Origin: the human T2T-CHM13v2.0 reference genome, Homo sapiens
NCBI RefSeq assembly: GCF_009914755.1
Contig: NC_060931.1
DNA length: 64,000 nt
Strand: one strand, 5' to 3'
Part shown: positions 63,101-64,000 of the stretch, piece by piece
Layout of the letters: every line of letters starts with the position of its first letter
Numbering within the stretch: the first letter of the stretch is position 1
Translations under genes and position numbers: made by a program
Notes under the pieces: generated by a model
Seen by the model: only the letters and a program-made list of their open reading frames with translations
The model's database searches: none
What the model was told of the DNA's origin: nothing

Positions 63101-63779
63101 ACAGGGAAGAGGCCTTGTCCTGTGGAATTCATGGTTCTAGAGGAACAAAGAAAATGTTTACATAAGCAATAGACTATAATATATTTTGAAATTAAGTGAT
63201 GTGACATGCGGTATGATTAAAGTACTATAGGAGCAGTAAGAGGTAAAAGGCCTCATTTGGCCAAATGCCATCTACCTATTTTTCTACTGTAGCTATCCAA
63301 ATACATGCTTATATTGGCAGAGAGAATGCAGATGGAGAGCAGTCAGCTTTAGAGTGGGAAGAAAACTGGTGAATTGGAGACTTAGAGCCAGCATTTTGAG
63401 GAATGTCATTTGAGAAAAGCATAGCCTTCCATGCAGAGAATCTGAGGGAGATCCTGAATCACGTGCTGTACTTTGAAAATGTACACAAAGACTCTGCTCC
63501 ATGAAGCCAGCAACCAAGCCAAGGGGATGTTAAAACCAAGAATTCAAAGAAAGATGATTTTAAGAGTTACCACCAACTATTCACTCCAGACAGACTGGAG
63601 ATGGATGTCAAAAAGCACCCCCTATCTTTACCTCATGGAAAGCCTGCAGTCACTACCATGTGTTGTATATCTTTAGGATTTATCAACTTTGAAACCATGA
63701 GTGATTAAATATTAAATATGATATTTCAGGATCTATGCTAAGATGAACTAATTTCCAGATGGATTGCATAAATGACCAT

Positions 63780-63863
63780 AAAATTAATTGGTTAATTAAT
63801 TTTACTTAAAATTAATTGGTTAATTAATTTTACTTAAAATTAATTATATAAAATTAATTATAT
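63780..63863. repeat. Tandem 28-mer x2 followed by 14-mer x2, TAATT-rich
   Basis: AAAATTAATTGGTTAATTAATTTTACTT twice, then AAAATTAATTATAT twice. Confidence 0.9.
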
Positions 63864-64000
63864 AAGCTCTTAAAATATTATTGACAATATTTGAAGATCT
63901 CATATAAAGGTCTGTCCATTTAAACGTTTTCAAAGTCTGTGTCCTCTGGCCATAGATAATATTTGTAAAATCTCTTATACAATTGCCATTTTCATATGAA

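Overview
AT-rich, CpG-depleted primate genomic DNA. The full-length L1PA3/4 plus AluY point to a hominoid, probably human; I cannot identify the locus. I see no host protein-coding exon, RNA gene, CpG island or CRISPR array, so this looks intergenic or deep-intronic. A large part is interspersed repeat: a dead full-length L1PA3/4 (8134-14309, minus strand), a near-complete Hsmar2 mariner nested in an old L1MC/MD, a THE1 LTR > 5'-inverted L1PA7 > Alu nest, a MER57A LTR plus internal fragment, about 12 Alus, MLT1 LTRs, hAT/Tigger MITEs, and L2/MIR relics. The longest ORFs in the track are L1 fragments; the rest are Alu translations or look like chance ORFs. The most interesting observations are structural. 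(1) A diverged ~115-bp direct repeat immediately flanks the old L1 like a giant target-site duplication and carries a CTCF motif in both copies, within a divergent CTCF cluster. (2) A ~50-bp insert matching the start of an ERV1 LTR R region is flanked by an apparent TSD, and the MER57A element starts at the equivalent position. (3) A 55-bp locally templated insertion lies inside a (TG)n/(TA)n/(CA)n fold-back microsatellite. Subfamily names come from recalled consensus sequences and were not computed. I found no convincing new multi-gene system.
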